Shown here one piece after another: positions 52,571 to 61,885 of a stretch of DNA of 64,000 nt. Each line of letters starts with the position of its first letter. Positions within the stretch are counted from its first letter, which is position 1. The translations under genes were made by a program, and so were the position numbers. Origin of the DNA: Elusimicrobia bacterium GWA2_61_42 (GTDB taxonomy: Bacteria; Elusimicrobiota; Elusimicrobia; Elusimicrobiales; UBA9959); NCBI GenBank assembly GCA_001799615.1, contig MGTU01000023.1, positions 2,020-66,019 of the forward strand, in the 5' to 3' direction. Below the pieces are notes generated by a model that was not told the DNA's origin, made no database searches, and saw only the letters and a list, made by a program, of their open reading frames with translations.

Positions 52571-53638
52571 TCACTTCTTGACTAAAACTGTCTGGGTGGG
52601 GTAGGCCAGCTCCGCGCCGGCGCCCCCCAATCCTTCCAGGACGGCCAGCAGTACGGCTTCGTGGGCGGCCATGTAGGCTTTATAGTCGGGCTCCGCCAGG
52701 TAGTAGACCGTTTCGAAATCCAGCGAGAAAGCCCCGCAGTCGCTCAGGTTGCAGCGGTCGAACTCGGCTTTGGCCACCGACTCCACGGCTTTGCGGGCGA
52801 TAGCGGGGATCTTTTTGAGCAGCTCGGGCTTGGTGCCGTAGACTATGCCGGTCTTGAAGACCACGCGCCGCTTGGTGAGGTCCTGGTAGTTGCGGATGCG
52901 CGAGCCCAGCAGGTTGGAGTTGGAGACCACCACCATCTCGCCCGAGATGCTGCGGATGCGGGTGGATTTCAGGCCGATGTGCTCTATGGTGCCCGAAACG
53001 GCGTCGGACACCACGAAATCCCCTACGGTGAAGGGCTTGTCGAGCAGGATGACGAAGAAGTTGAACAGGTCGCCCAGGATGGCCTGGGCGGCCAGGGCCA
53101 CGGCCACGCCGCCGATGCCGAGGCCGGTAAGCACGGCCGAGATGTTGACGCCGAGGTTATCCAGCACGAACAGCGCCGCCGCCACCCAGACCAGGGCGCG
53201 CATGATGACCTGGGTGCTGTTGACGACGGAGGTTTTGGCGGAGCCCGAGAGCTCGCGCTGGGCGGCTATCTTGTTTATCCAGTAGGAGAGCAGCGTTTGG
53301 ACTATGGTGATGGCCCGGTAGGTGAAGACCAGGAGTATTACGAGCTTGAGGGCTTTGTCGAAGGCCAGGCTGCGGTTGAGGTAGCGGGTGGCGATGAAAA
53401 GGGCCGCCAGCTGGTACTCGAACCACCTGAATTTGGCTATCAGGGCTATCAGCAGGTCGTCCAGGTCGGTTTCGGTCTTCTCGGCCAGGGCCTTGAGCCG
53501 GCTGATGCCGATGTTCTTGATGAGGTAAAGCAGGGCCAGCGAGGCCCCGAAGGCGACCAGCGCGTACCCGTAGACGGCCGGCGTATTGCCGAGGATCAGG
53601 CTGTTGTCGAACCAGTTGGAAAGCGAGTTAAAGTTCAT
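52571..53638 (-). CDS. Mechanosensitive ion channel (MscS family)
   Basis: Start set at ATG 53638 (TATAAT box 6 nt upstream); the track ORF starts at 53683. Several TMs, then the MscS beta-domain FTVGDFVVSDAVSGTIEHIGLKSTRIRSISGEMVVVSNS. Confidence 0.8.
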   Translation of the reverse strand: MNFNSLSNWFDNSLILGNTPAVYGYALVAFGASLALLYLIKNIGISRLKALAEKTETDLDDLLIALIAKFRWFEYQLAALFIATRYLNRSLAFDKALKLVILLVFTYRAITIVQTLLSYWINKIAAQRELSGSAKTSVVNSTQVIMRALVWVAAALFVLDNLGVNISAVLTGLGIGGVAVALAAQAILGDLFNFFVILLDKPFTVGDFVVSDAVSGTIEHIGLKSTRIRSISGEMVVVSNSNLLGSRIRNYQDLTKRRVVFKTGIVYGTKPELLKKIPAIARKAVESVAKAEFDRCNLSDCGAFSLDFETVYYLAEPDYKAYMAAHEAVLLAVLEGLGGAGAELAYPTQTVLVKK

Positions 53639-53729
53639 AACTAAATTATAAAAGATTTCCCCCCGCCGTAACAATGAAGACATAAGGCGGGCTTGCAGCC
53701 GGTGAAAACAGGCCCGTAAAGTTTAAGCC

Positions 53730-53863
53730 GGGGCCTGCCAGGGGGACCGGAACGCAAAACACGTTCGGCCACACCGTGGCCTCACTCGGTATTCGCCCGC
53801 CGCGCTTATGCAAGCGGCGGGCTCAACGACGGTTTTGCTAACCCGGTCCCCCCGTCAGGCCCC
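53730..53863. repeat. About 134-bp imperfect palindromic (long-hairpin) element, copy 2
   Basis: Terminal inverted repeat GGGGCCTGCCAGGGGGACCGG / CCGGTCCCCCCGTCAGGCCCC. Internal hairpins GGCCAC-ACC-GTGGCC and GCCCGCCGC-gcttatgcaa-GCGGCGGGC. Block order is shared with 24447-24586. Confidence 0.6.
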
Positions 53864-53897
53864 TAAGGCGCGTCGGGCGGCCTTTCCCCACCCGGGA

Positions 53898-53933
53898 AAA
53901 TAAAGAAGCCGGCTCGGGGCCGGCTTCTTTATT
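53898..53933 (-). terminator. Putative intrinsic terminator after the hydrogenase operon
   Basis: GAAGCCGG-ctcgggg-CCGGCTTC (53905-53927), with T-rich runs on both strands (minus strand: TTTATTTT). Confidence 0.55.
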
Positions 53934-53947
53934 CGTGAGGCTTCCGC

Positions 53948-54349
53948 TTATTTGTAGTGGCGGCGCAGGTCGGATTTCTTGACGCTGGCCAGTTCGAAGT
54001 CCTGGGTCATTGCGAGGGCCTTCTTCGGGCAGACTTCGGCGCACTGGCCGCAGTACACGCAGTGGTCCAGCTTCATGATGCAGTCGAATTTCTTCTTGGC
54101 GGGCACCGCGGGCTGGCCTTCCACCGGCGCCGGCGCCGCCGGCTGCTCCGCCGACAAAGGGATCTCTATCGCCTTCGAAGGGCAGACTTTTACGCACATC
54201 TGGCAGCCGATGCACTTGGCTGAATCGAAGACGATGCGGCCCCGGAAGTTGGGGAAAATATAGGCCTTCTCAAAAGGATAGCGGGACGTGGCCGGCTTCT
54301 TGAAAAGGTGCTTTATCACTTCGCTGAAAACTCTGGCTGGTATTTTCAT
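53948..54349 (-). CDS. 2x[4Fe-4S] ferredoxin-type subunit (NuoI/MbhN/HycF-like)
   Basis: 133-aa ORF. CIGCQMCVKVCP and CVYCGQCAEVCP cluster motifs. Last gene of the complex. Confidence 0.85.
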   Translation of the reverse strand: MKIPARVFSEVIKHLFKKPATSRYPFEKAYIFPNFRGRIVFDSAKCIGCQMCVKVCPSKAIEIPLSAEQPAAPAPVEGQPAVPAKKKFDCIMKLDHCVYCGQCAEVCPKKALAMTQDFELASVKKSDLRRHYK

Positions 54350-54353
54350 GGAG

Positions 54354-55307
54354 TTATCCTATCCTGTATTTAAGGAAGATGTCGAAAGCCACCTGGGCCA
54401 TGGCTACCGGGGCCAGGTACTTCCAGCAGAAATTTATCATCTGCTCTATGCGGATGCGGGCCATCAGCACTTTCAGCAGCGCCAGCAGGAAAGTGATGAA
54501 CAGCGTTTTGCCCAGGAAGACCGCCAGGCCGGCCGCGCCGGCGAAGCCGAGCGAACCGCCGAGGAAGACGGCGTTCACGAGCGCCGCGCCCACCACCAGT
54601 TCCATGTCCACCGCCAGGCAGAAGAAGCCGAACAGGCGCCCGGAGTATTCCGTGAACTGCCCGCCGACGATCTCGTTCTTGGCGTGGGGGATGTCGAAAG
54701 GCATGCGCTCGAGCTTGCCCTGCAGGGCTACCAGTGCCGCCAGGAAGCCCAGCAGCTGCGCCGGGATAAGCGCGGGGTGCGCGGCGAAGAAAGCGGAGAT
54801 CTCCGAGATGTTCCAGGTGCCCGCGAGTATCGCCGGGCCGATCAGCGAGAGCATCAGCGGCACTTCGTAGGCGAAGAGCTGCGTCAGCACGCGCATGGAA
54901 CCCACCGTGGAGTAGGGGCTCGACGAGCTCCAGCCGGCCAGGAAGAACGTGACCGTGGGGATGGTAAGCAGGTAGATCACCACCACCATGTCCCCCTGGA
55001 AGCTGAACAGGGCGGCCGGGGTCCAGACCGGGATGGAGATAAGGGCCGTCATGACGGCCGCCATCGCGAAGAAGGGCAGTACGCGGAACATCGTCTTGTT
55101 GGTGGCGGCGTCCGGCACTATGACTTCCTTCGCCAGCAGCTTTATGAAGTCGGCGTAGGGCTGGATCCAGGGAGGGCCCATGCGGTTCTGCATCACCGCG
55201 CAGAGTTTCCGGTCCACCCACTGGAGGTACAGGCCGTAGACGGCCAGGAACAGGAAGCCGGGGAATATCAGTATATAAGCAAGCGGAAGTATTGATTCCA
55301 TTGTCAT
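54354..55307 (-). CDS. Membrane subunit NuoH/MbhM/HycD-like
   Basis: 317-aa polytopic ORF. N-terminal WVDRKLCAVMQNRMGPPW block typical of the NuoH/HycD family. Confidence 0.85.
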   Translation of the reverse strand: MTMESILPLAYILIFPGFLFLAVYGLYLQWVDRKLCAVMQNRMGPPWIQPYADFIKLLAKEVIVPDAATNKTMFRVLPFFAMAAVMTALISIPVWTPAALFSFQGDMVVVIYLLTIPTVTFFLAGWSSSSPYSTVGSMRVLTQLFAYEVPLMLSLIGPAILAGTWNISEISAFFAAHPALIPAQLLGFLAALVALQGKLERMPFDIPHAKNEIVGGQFTEYSGRLFGFFCLAVDMELVVGAALVNAVFLGGSLGFAGAAGLAVFLGKTLFITFLLALLKVLMARIRIEQMINFCWKYLAPVAMAQVAFDIFLKYRIG

Positions 55308-55324
55308 GTATCCTTAAAGTCTGC

Positions 55325-56518
55325 TCACAGCCTGCTGAAGTCCACGCCGCGGCGCTTGTACTGCTCGATGCCCAGCTTGCGCATCTCTTCCCAGCTGTAA
55401 ACCTCGGTCTTGCCCTTCTTGGGGTTCCAGACGGCGGCGCGGTCCGTGCAGGACATGCACGGATCGATGGCGGCTATCACCAGCGGCACGTCGGCCAGCC
55501 AGCCGCCCTCGAGCATGTAGGCCACGCTCTGCAGGTTGGCCAGCGTCGGGGCGCGCACTTTAAGCCGCTCGGGCTTGTCGGTGCCGTTGGACTTCAGGTA
55601 ATGGATGTCCTCGCCGCGGGGCGCTTCGTAATGGTTCACGCATTCGCCGGGGGCGACCTTCATGGGCACCTTCACGGCTACGGGGCCTTCCGGCAGGTTG
55701 TTGAGGACCTGGTTGATGATCTTGTAGGATTCCACCAGCTCTAGCGCGCGCACCACCAGGCGGCCGAAGACGTCGTTGGTGTTGTGCGTGATAAGGTTAA
55801 AGTCCAGCTGGGCGTAGAGCAGGTACGGGTCGTCCTTGCGCACGTCGCGGGCGACGCCCGAGGCGCGGGCGGTGGGCCCCACGGCGCCGCGTTCGATGGC
55901 CACGTCGTAAGGCAGCTTGCCGACGTTGGCGGTGCGGGCCAGCACGGTGGGTTCCTGGGTGGCCAGCTTAATGTAATACTGGGTCCTTTCCTCCAGGTAC
56001 TTTATGCGCTTGAGCACCTCCGCCTTCTGTTCGGCGGTGATGTCGCGGCGCACGCCGCCCAGGGTGTTGATGGAGTAGTGCACCCGGTTGCCGCTGAGCA
56101 GCTCCAGGCAGTCCAGCACCTGTTCGCGGTCGCGCCAGGTGTACATGAACAGGGTCTCAAAGCCCATTTCGTAGCCGGCCACGCCCAGCCACAGCAGGTG
56201 GCTGTGGACGCGCTCGAGCTCGGCGAACAGGGTGCGGATGGCCAGCGCCCGCTGGGGCACTTCGGCCTTGGCCAGTTCTTCCACGTTGGTGATGTAGGTG
56301 GTGGTGTGAGAGTGCGAGCAGATGCCGCAGACGCGCTCTATCAGGTAGAGGTTCTGGATGTAGGTGCGGCCTTCGGCGGCCTTTTCCATGCCGCGGTGGT
56401 TGTAGCCCAGGTTGATGCCGGCGCTGGTGATCTGTTCGCCTTCCAGCACCAGCATGAAATTCTCGGGTTCTTTAAGGGCCGGGTGCTGGGGGCCGAAAGG
56501 AATGGTTATCTTTGACAT
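55325..56518 (-). CDS. Group 4 [NiFe]-hydrogenase large subunit (NuoD/MbhL/EchE-like)
   Basis: 397-aa ORF. Both NiFe-ligand motifs are intact: RVCGICSHSH (Cys64, Cys67) and DPCMSCTDR (aa 352-360). 37 residues follow the second motif. Confidence 0.9.
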   Translation of the reverse strand: MSKITIPFGPQHPALKEPENFMLVLEGEQITSAGINLGYNHRGMEKAAEGRTYIQNLYLIERVCGICSHSHTTTYITNVEELAKAEVPQRALAIRTLFAELERVHSHLLWLGVAGYEMGFETLFMYTWRDREQVLDCLELLSGNRVHYSINTLGGVRRDITAEQKAEVLKRIKYLEERTQYYIKLATQEPTVLARTANVGKLPYDVAIERGAVGPTARASGVARDVRKDDPYLLYAQLDFNLITHNTNDVFGRLVVRALELVESYKIINQVLNNLPEGPVAVKVPMKVAPGECVNHYEAPRGEDIHYLKSNGTDKPERLKVRAPTLANLQSVAYMLEGGWLADVPLVIAAIDPCMSCTDRAAVWNPKKGKTEVYSWEEMRKLGIEQYKRRGVDFSRL

Positions 56519-56519
56519 G

Positions 56520-57011
56520 TTATTTGGTCTCCGTCTTTAAAGAGGGCTGCTGCGCCAGGTAATCCTCGGTTTTCCAGTCCTTGCGCAGCGGGTACTGGCC
56601 AACGGGGAAGTCTTCGGCCAAAGGGTAGCGGCGGCCCGGGGGCAGGCCCTGGACCTTTATGCCCAGCATGTCCTCAAGTTCTTTCTCGTAAGAAACGGCG
56701 CCCGGGAATACCGAGAGCACCGACGGGATGGAAGGGTTGGCCCTGGGGGTCTTGACCTTCAGCGTGACGATGATCTTCGTATCGGTCATGTGGTAATAAG
56801 CCCCGAGGTTCTCCCCCTCGTCGAAACCGGTGACGGTGGCCAGGTGGTTGAAGCCGCCGGCCTTCATCCAGGCGAGGATCTCGGGCAGCTTTTCACCCGC
56901 GGCGTCCAGCCAGACGCGGTTCTTGCGCTGCACCAGGGCGTTGGTCACGGCCCCCGGGAATTTGGCCTCGAGGCCGGCTTTTATTTTTTCTTCTTTTTCA
57001 AATTCGCTCAT
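56520..57011 (-). CDS. NuoC/MbhK-like 30-kDa subunit
   Basis: Start set at ATG 57011 (GGAGA RBS); the track ORF begins at 57041 inside the upstream gene. NuoC-family sequence (ATVTGFDEGENLGAYYHM..). Confidence 0.85.
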   Translation of the reverse strand: MSEFEKEEKIKAGLEAKFPGAVTNALVQRKNRVWLDAAGEKLPEILAWMKAGGFNHLATVTGFDEGENLGAYYHMTDTKIIVTLKVKTPRANPSIPSVLSVFPGAVSYEKELEDMLGIKVQGLPPGRRYPLAEDFPVGQYPLRKDWKTEDYLAQQPSLKTETK

Positions 57012-57021
57012 GGCAGTCTCC

Positions 57022-57465
57022 TTACTTGGCCGCGGCTTCAACGCTCTGTATCATCTTCACCACGCCGTCGATGATGGCTTCAGGGCGCACCGGGCAGCCG
57101 GGGATGTAGACGGAAACCGGCAGCACCTGGTCCAGGCCGCCGGGCACCACGCCGTAGCAGCCGTCGAACACGCCGCCGGAACAGCCGCAGGCGCCTATGG
57201 CCATGACGAACTTGGGCTCGGGCATCTGGTCGTAAATGGTCCTGAGGCGTTTGGCCTGCTGGCGGGTGACGGGCCCGCTGACTACCAGGATGTCCGCGTG
57301 CCGGGGCGTGGCTTTCAGCACTATGCCGAAGCGTTCCACGTCGTACTTCGGCGTCAGGGCGTCCACTATCTCGATATCGCAGCCGTTGCAGGCGCCGGAG
57401 TTGAAGTGGAGTATCCAGGGGGATTTAAGCAGCGACCAGGTTATCAGTTTGTCTATGGTTTTCAT
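57022..57465 (-). CDS. Hydrogenase small subunit, NuoB/MbhJ-like ([4Fe-4S] N2-type)
   Basis: 147-aa ORF. Cluster ligand contexts ACNGCDIE, GACGCSGG and PGCPVRPE. Confidence 0.9.
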   Translation of the reverse strand: MKTIDKLITWSLLKSPWILHFNSGACNGCDIEIVDALTPKYDVERFGIVLKATPRHADILVVSGPVTRQQAKRLRTIYDQMPEPKFVMAIGACGCSGGVFDGCYGVVPGGLDQVLPVSVYIPGCPVRPEAIIDGVVKMIQSVEAAAK

Positions 57466-57471
57466 GTTTGT

Positions 57472-57813
57472 TCAATCCACGAAGAGTATGGCTAGGATCA
57501 CGCCCACCGCCGCCAGGTAGCCGGCTACCAGCTCTATCCCGGCGGACAGGGGGTTGAAGCTCCAGGTGGCGAGCATCAGCCCGGCCACGTGCAACAGCGT
57601 GAAAAAGATGGCGAAAGGGAAGAAGCCCTGGTAGTCGGGGATCGCCTTGGCCTGGTCTTCGGGCACGTCTTCGCCGCAGCCGTAGGCCTTGTGCTTGGCC
57701 GAGCCGGGCACGCGGGCCGGGTTCGCCGCCATCGGGGAAAGCAGCGCCGACAGCCCCGCCACGAAGAGCAGGGAGATTATGAAGACCACGGGAGGAAAGA
57801 GTAAGAAGTCCAT
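57472..57813 (-). CDS. Small membrane subunit, NuoA/MbhI-like
   Basis: 113-aa ORF. Three TMs with a loop motif AYGCGEDV resembling the NuoA YECG loop. Confidence 0.6.
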   Translation of the reverse strand: MDFLLFPPVVFIISLLFVAGLSALLSPMAANPARVPGSAKHKAYGCGEDVPEDQAKAIPDYQGFFPFAIFFTLLHVAGLMLATWSFNPLSAGIELVAGYLAAVGVILAILFVD

Positions 57814-57817
57814 AGGG

Positions 57818-58123
57818 TTATCCTTTCAGGCTGTCGAGCTTCCAGATGTCGGCCGAGCCGTGCAGGCGGAAGTTCTTGACCAGCAGGGCCAGGCCCGCGG
57901 CCACTACCACCACTTCTATCACGATCATGGTGATGATCAGGGCCTGCGCGTACACCAGGTTGTCGGTGAGCGCCCCGGCCGAAATGACCGAGAGCATGGC
58001 GGCTTTCGAGACGATCTCAAGGCCGATGAGCTGGCGCACGATGCTGCGCGACGCCAGCATGCAGTAAAAGCCCGTGAAGATTATTATGGCTATCAGGTAC
58101 CATTCCATTGCGAAAGTGCTCAT
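57818..58123 (-). CDS. Membrane subunit NuoK/MnhC/MbhG-like
   Basis: 101-aa ORF. Three TMs. LIGLEIVSKAAML with a membrane-embedded Glu, typical of NuoK/MrpC. Confidence 0.8.
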   Translation of the reverse strand: MSTFAMEWYLIAIIIFTGFYCMLASRSIVRQLIGLEIVSKAAMLSVISAGALTDNLVYAQALIITMIVIEVVVVAAGLALLVKNFRLHGSADIWKLDSLKG

Positions 58124-58608
58124 TTGTTCTCGGTCCTCCTCGGGAAGACTGACTTGATGACGAAGACGCCGGCCGCCAGCATCAGTACCTGGCCCAGCAT
58201 GTCGGGGCGGCGCAGGTCCCAGAGGGCCAGGCCGATGGTGCCGCCGCCGGCGGCCATCTGCCTGCCGGTCGCCAGCTCGTCGAAGAAAGCCGGCAGGTAG
58301 AACCAGGCGGCTATCGCGAAGATCGCCACGGCCAGGGGCAGCGCGTAGAAGCGGGTGCGGTTCTCGGGGTGCTTCTCTTCCTCGGCCCGTATCAGGCTGA
58401 CCGCGCCGATGAACAGCACGGTGATCAGCCCGGCGCAGACCGAAAGTTCGAAGACGCCGGCCCAGGGGGCGCCGAAGTCGAAGAAGATAAGGGAGACGGC
58501 CGCGCTGAGCGAAGCCAGCATGATGGCGGAGGTCAGCAGCTTTTTGGCCATCACGGCCCAGACCGCGAATACGGCCGCCAGCACGAACAGCAGGTTGTGG
58601 TAGGTCAT
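58120..58608 (-). CDS. Membrane subunit, NuoJ-like / MnhB-related
   Basis: 162-aa ORF. VFELSVCAGLITVLFIGAV resembles the NuoJ TM3 block (E....AGA..VLF). 4-nt overlaps with both neighbours. Confidence 0.6.
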   Translation of the reverse strand: MTYHNLLFVLAAVFAVWAVMAKKLLTSAIMLASLSAAVSLIFFDFGAPWAGVFELSVCAGLITVLFIGAVSLIRAEEEKHPENRTRFYALPLAVAIFAIAAWFYLPAFFDELATGRQMAAGGGTIGLALWDLRRPDMLGQVLMLAAGVFVIKSVFPRRTENK

Positions 58609-60035
58609 AGGATAATCCTTTCCGCCACCATCTTCACGTAGGTGTAGAAGTACGGGAACAGCAGGCCCAGCGCGACTATGAGGGCGCTCATCAGCACCAC
58701 GGGCGCGAGCAGCGGCGCGGAAACCTCCGGCGAGCTTTCGGCCGCGGCCGTCTTCTTGCCGAAGAATACTTTTTTCTGCATCATCATGAAGTAGGCCAGC
58801 GTGACGATGCTGAACAGCAGCGCCAGCACGGCGTAGGTCTTAAGGCCGGATTCCCACAGGGCGAGGATGATGAGCAGCTTGCTCCAGAAACCGGACAGCG
58901 GGGGCACCCCGGCGGTGGACAGCAGGGCGACTATCGAGGTCCAGGAGGTCCAGGGCATGGAATGCTCCAGGCCGCCGAGCTTGTCCATGTCGGTAGTGCC
59001 GGCGGACTTCTCGACGCTCGCGCTGTTGAGGAACAGCACGGTCTTGAAGGTGGCGTGGTTCAAGAGGTGGAACACGGCGCCCATGATGGCCAGCGGCGTG
59101 CCGAGGCCCGCGGCCAGCACGATGTAGCCGACCTGGCTGATGCTGGAGAAGGCCAGCATGCGCTTGAAGTTGGTCTGCTTCAGCGCGGCCAGCGCGCCCA
59201 GGGCGATGGAGAACATGCCCAGGAACATGACCATCTCCGAGACGGCCTGGGCCCTGCCGTCGAAGAAGCGCAGCAGCGTGGCGAGCTTTATGATCGCGTA
59301 CACGCCGGAGATCTTGGTGACTATGCCGGCCAGGTAGGCGGACACCGGGGCGTAGGCGCCCTGGTAGGCGTCGGGCGTCCAGGCATGGAAAGGCGCGACG
59401 CCGGCCTTTATCAGGAACCCCAGCATCATCAGGGCGGCCGCGAAGGTAACGGTCCCGGCGGGGGCGTCCGCGGCCATGAAGATGCGCAGGCTTTCGAACG
59501 AAAGGCCGCCCAGCGACATCATCATGACGGCTATGCCGACGATTATCAGCGCGGAGGCCGGGAAGGTCAGGAAGAAATACTTCAGGGCGCCTTCGATGCC
59601 GCCGGAGGACTCGTCCGTGGTGATCAGCGCGAAGGAGGTGACCGCCAGCACTTCGATGAACACGTAGAGCGTGAAGAAGTCGGTGGTGGTGACCACGCCG
59701 CACATCGCCGCTACCGAGACCAGTATCAGCGAGTAATAGGCCTGCCGGTTGGGCAGATGCTCGTCGAGGAACCAGGCCGAGAAGAAGGTCACGCAGAAGG
59801 CCACCAGGTAGATGGCCGCCACCAGCAGCAGCGAGAGGCCGTCGCCCGGGATGTCCGCGAACTCGCCCCTGATTATGGAAGGGCGCAGCGCCAGCCAGGC
59901 CAGGTTGGCCAGGCCCGCCAGCAGCGTCACGTTGGCCAGGATGTCGGCCAGTTTCGGGCGGTTCTTCGCCGCGAAAGGAATAATCACGGCGCTCAGAAGA
60001 GGTATCAGGAGATAAGCAAGAAGTCCCTTGTCCAT
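58605..60035 (-). CDS. Antiporter-like subunit (NuoN/MrpD/MbhH family)
   Basis: 476-aa polytopic ORF. APFHAWTPDAYQGAYAPVSAY and FHLLNHATFKTVLF blocks of the proton-conducting membrane transporter family. Confidence 0.85.
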   Translation of the reverse strand: MDKGLLAYLLIPLLSAVIIPFAAKNRPKLADILANVTLLAGLANLAWLALRPSIIRGEFADIPGDGLSLLLVAAIYLVAFCVTFFSAWFLDEHLPNRQAYYSLILVSVAAMCGVVTTTDFFTLYVFIEVLAVTSFALITTDESSGGIEGALKYFFLTFPASALIIVGIAVMMMSLGGLSFESLRIFMAADAPAGTVTFAAALMMLGFLIKAGVAPFHAWTPDAYQGAYAPVSAYLAGIVTKISGVYAIIKLATLLRFFDGRAQAVSEMVMFLGMFSIALGALAALKQTNFKRMLAFSSISQVGYIVLAAGLGTPLAIMGAVFHLLNHATFKTVLFLNSASVEKSAGTTDMDKLGGLEHSMPWTSWTSIVALLSTAGVPPLSGFWSKLLIILALWESGLKTYAVLALLFSIVTLAYFMMMQKKVFFGKKTAAAESSPEVSAPLLAPVVLMSALIVALGLLFPYFYTYVKMVAERIIL

Positions 60036-61885
60036 TATTTAAGTCCTCCTGCCAGCAGAATGTACACGGCGGCGCCGGCTATGGTGAGCGCCATGTAAAG
60101 CGGGTAGGAGCCGTTGTGAAAACGGCGCGAGGCCCCGCCGAAGAAACTGGCCACGCCGCCGGGCAGCGCGTCTATGGTCCAGTCGAAGAAGCGGTCTACT
60201 TTGAACAGCGCCAGGGAGACCGGCGGCACCACGCGGTCCATGGTCTGCTCGTAAAGGTCGAATACTTTGCGTTCCGCCAGGGCGTAGGTTTCTTTCAGCA
60301 CCGGGGCGTAGTGGATGTGGTCGGAAGACTTGCTGGGTTTCCCCCCGCCGGCCGAGAGGCCGAACAGGTGGTTCATCACCGCGGCCAGGATCACTATCAC
60401 GGAGACGAAATAAAGCTTGTCCGCGTGGAAGCCCCACAGCAGGCCGGTCTCGATGTTCATGCCGGCCAGCGACGGGGCGATGAACCATTCTATGGGGAAC
60501 CTGGCCCCGAAGCCGAAGGCCACGCAGATGCCGGCCAGCGTCAGCATCGGCAGCAGCATGGAGAAGGGCGCTTCCTTGGTCTCTTTCATGCCCTCGGGGC
60601 GCGCCCCGAAGAAGACGGAGTGCCCGAGCTTCAGGAAGGAAGCCAGCGTCAGGAAGGACCCGAGCTCGGCTGCCAGGAAGAATACGGTATAGCCGGTATC
60701 CAGCGTGCCCTTGTAAACCAGTTCCTTGGAGAAGAAGCCGTTGAGCGGGGCGATGCCGGAGATGGCGGCGGCCGCTATCAGGAAGCAGACGCCGGTTACG
60801 GGCATGGCGCGGAACAGGCCGCCGAGCTTGGAGAGTTCCCCGGTGCCGGCCTGGCGCTCCACCGACCCCGCCGTCATGAACAGGCAGGATTTGTAGGTGG
60901 CGTGGTTGATCATGTGGAACAGGCCGCCGGCGATGCCGACGGGGTTCAGCGTGCCGATGCCCAGGATCATGTACCCGGTCTGGCTGACGGCGTGGTAGGA
61001 GAGCAGGCGTTTGTAGTCCTTCTGCACGAAGGCCATCATGACGGCCACCAGGATGGTGACCGCGCCCAGGCTCATCAGCACCAGCTGCATGGTGCCGTTG
61101 AGGGTAAAGAGGTAGACGCTGGCCCGGGCCAGGAAATAGATGCCCAGCAGCTTGTCGATGGCCGCCGGCACGTAGGCCATGAACGGCGCGCTCGAGTCGG
61201 TGGCGGCGTCAGGGATCCAGGTGTGGAACGGGAACGCCCCGGCCTTGGAGACCGCGCCGATGAGGAGCAGCACGTAGGCGAACAGGGACCAGCCGTAATC
61301 CAGCGTGAGCTTGTTGGCCGAGATGTCGGACATGCTCATGGTGCCGGCTATGTAGCCGGTTATGGTCACGCCGGCCAGCAGGCAGAGGTCGGTGACGGCG
61401 TTGATAAGGAACGCCTTCATGGCGGTGCGCTTGGCCGCGTGGGTGTTCTGCGAGAGGGCGATGAAGGTGTAGAGGAACACCAGCAGGCCTTCCCAGAAGA
61501 ACAGCATGGCCACCATGTTGTCGGACAGCGCCGCGCCGGCGGCGAAGCCCTGCGTCATCAGCAGGTTGAAATAGAACCACTTGGCGGAGCCCTTATTGGG
61601 CATGCTGAAGGAGTAGACCGAGATGGCCAGCGAGAACAGCGACACGGCCAGCAGCAGGAAGGCGCTGAGGTTGTCCGCTATCAGGGTGAAGGAGATCGCG
61701 GTGCCCAGCCAATGGTGGTGGAGGGGCGCCGGGTGCACCAGCAGGATGTTGACCGCCGCCAGCAGCGAAACCGCCGCGGCGCCGATGCCCAGCAGTTCCT
61801 TAAGGTATTTGGTCTTCTCGCTGATGAGCAGCAGGGCGAGGCCCGTGAGCAGCGGCAGCAGTATCGGTATCAGTATGATGTTCAT
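60035..61885 (-). CDS. Antiporter-like subunit (NuoL/MrpA family) with long C-terminal extension
   Basis: 616-aa polytopic ORF. FPFHTWIPDAATDSSAPFMAY and HMINHATYKSCLFM blocks. About 100-aa C-terminal amphipathic segment plus a final TM, like the NuoL lateral helix. Confidence 0.85.
   Translation of the reverse strand: MNIILIPILLPLLTGLALLLISEKTKYLKELLGIGAAAVSLLAAVNILLVHPAPLHHHWLGTAISFTLIADNLSAFLLLAVSLFSLAISVYSFSMPNKGSAKWFYFNLLMTQGFAAGAALSDNMVAMLFFWEGLLVFLYTFIALSQNTHAAKRTAMKAFLINAVTDLCLLAGVTITGYIAGTMSMSDISANKLTLDYGWSLFAYVLLLIGAVSKAGAFPFHTWIPDAATDSSAPFMAYVPAAIDKLLGIYFLARASVYLFTLNGTMQLVLMSLGAVTILVAVMMAFVQKDYKRLLSYHAVSQTGYMILGIGTLNPVGIAGGLFHMINHATYKSCLFMTAGSVERQAGTGELSKLGGLFRAMPVTGVCFLIAAAAISGIAPLNGFFSKELVYKGTLDTGYTVFFLAAELGSFLTLASFLKLGHSVFFGARPEGMKETKEAPFSMLLPMLTLAGICVAFGFGARFPIEWFIAPSLAGMNIETGLLWGFHADKLYFVSVIVILAAVMNHLFGLSAGGGKPSKSSDHIHYAPVLKETYALAERKVFDLYEQTMDRVVPPVSLALFKVDRFFDWTIDALPGGVASFFGGASRRFHNGSYPLYMALTIAGAAVYILLAGGLK

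Noticed and set aside
55325-56518. Interpretation of the cluster as a plain NADH dehydrogenase (NuoD) or a cysteine-less Ehr/Mbx-type complex.
   Set aside because: Both CxxC NiFe-ligand pairs (RVCGICSHSH and DPCMSCTDR) are intact, which NuoD and Ehr-type subunits lack. NuoE/F/G are also absent.
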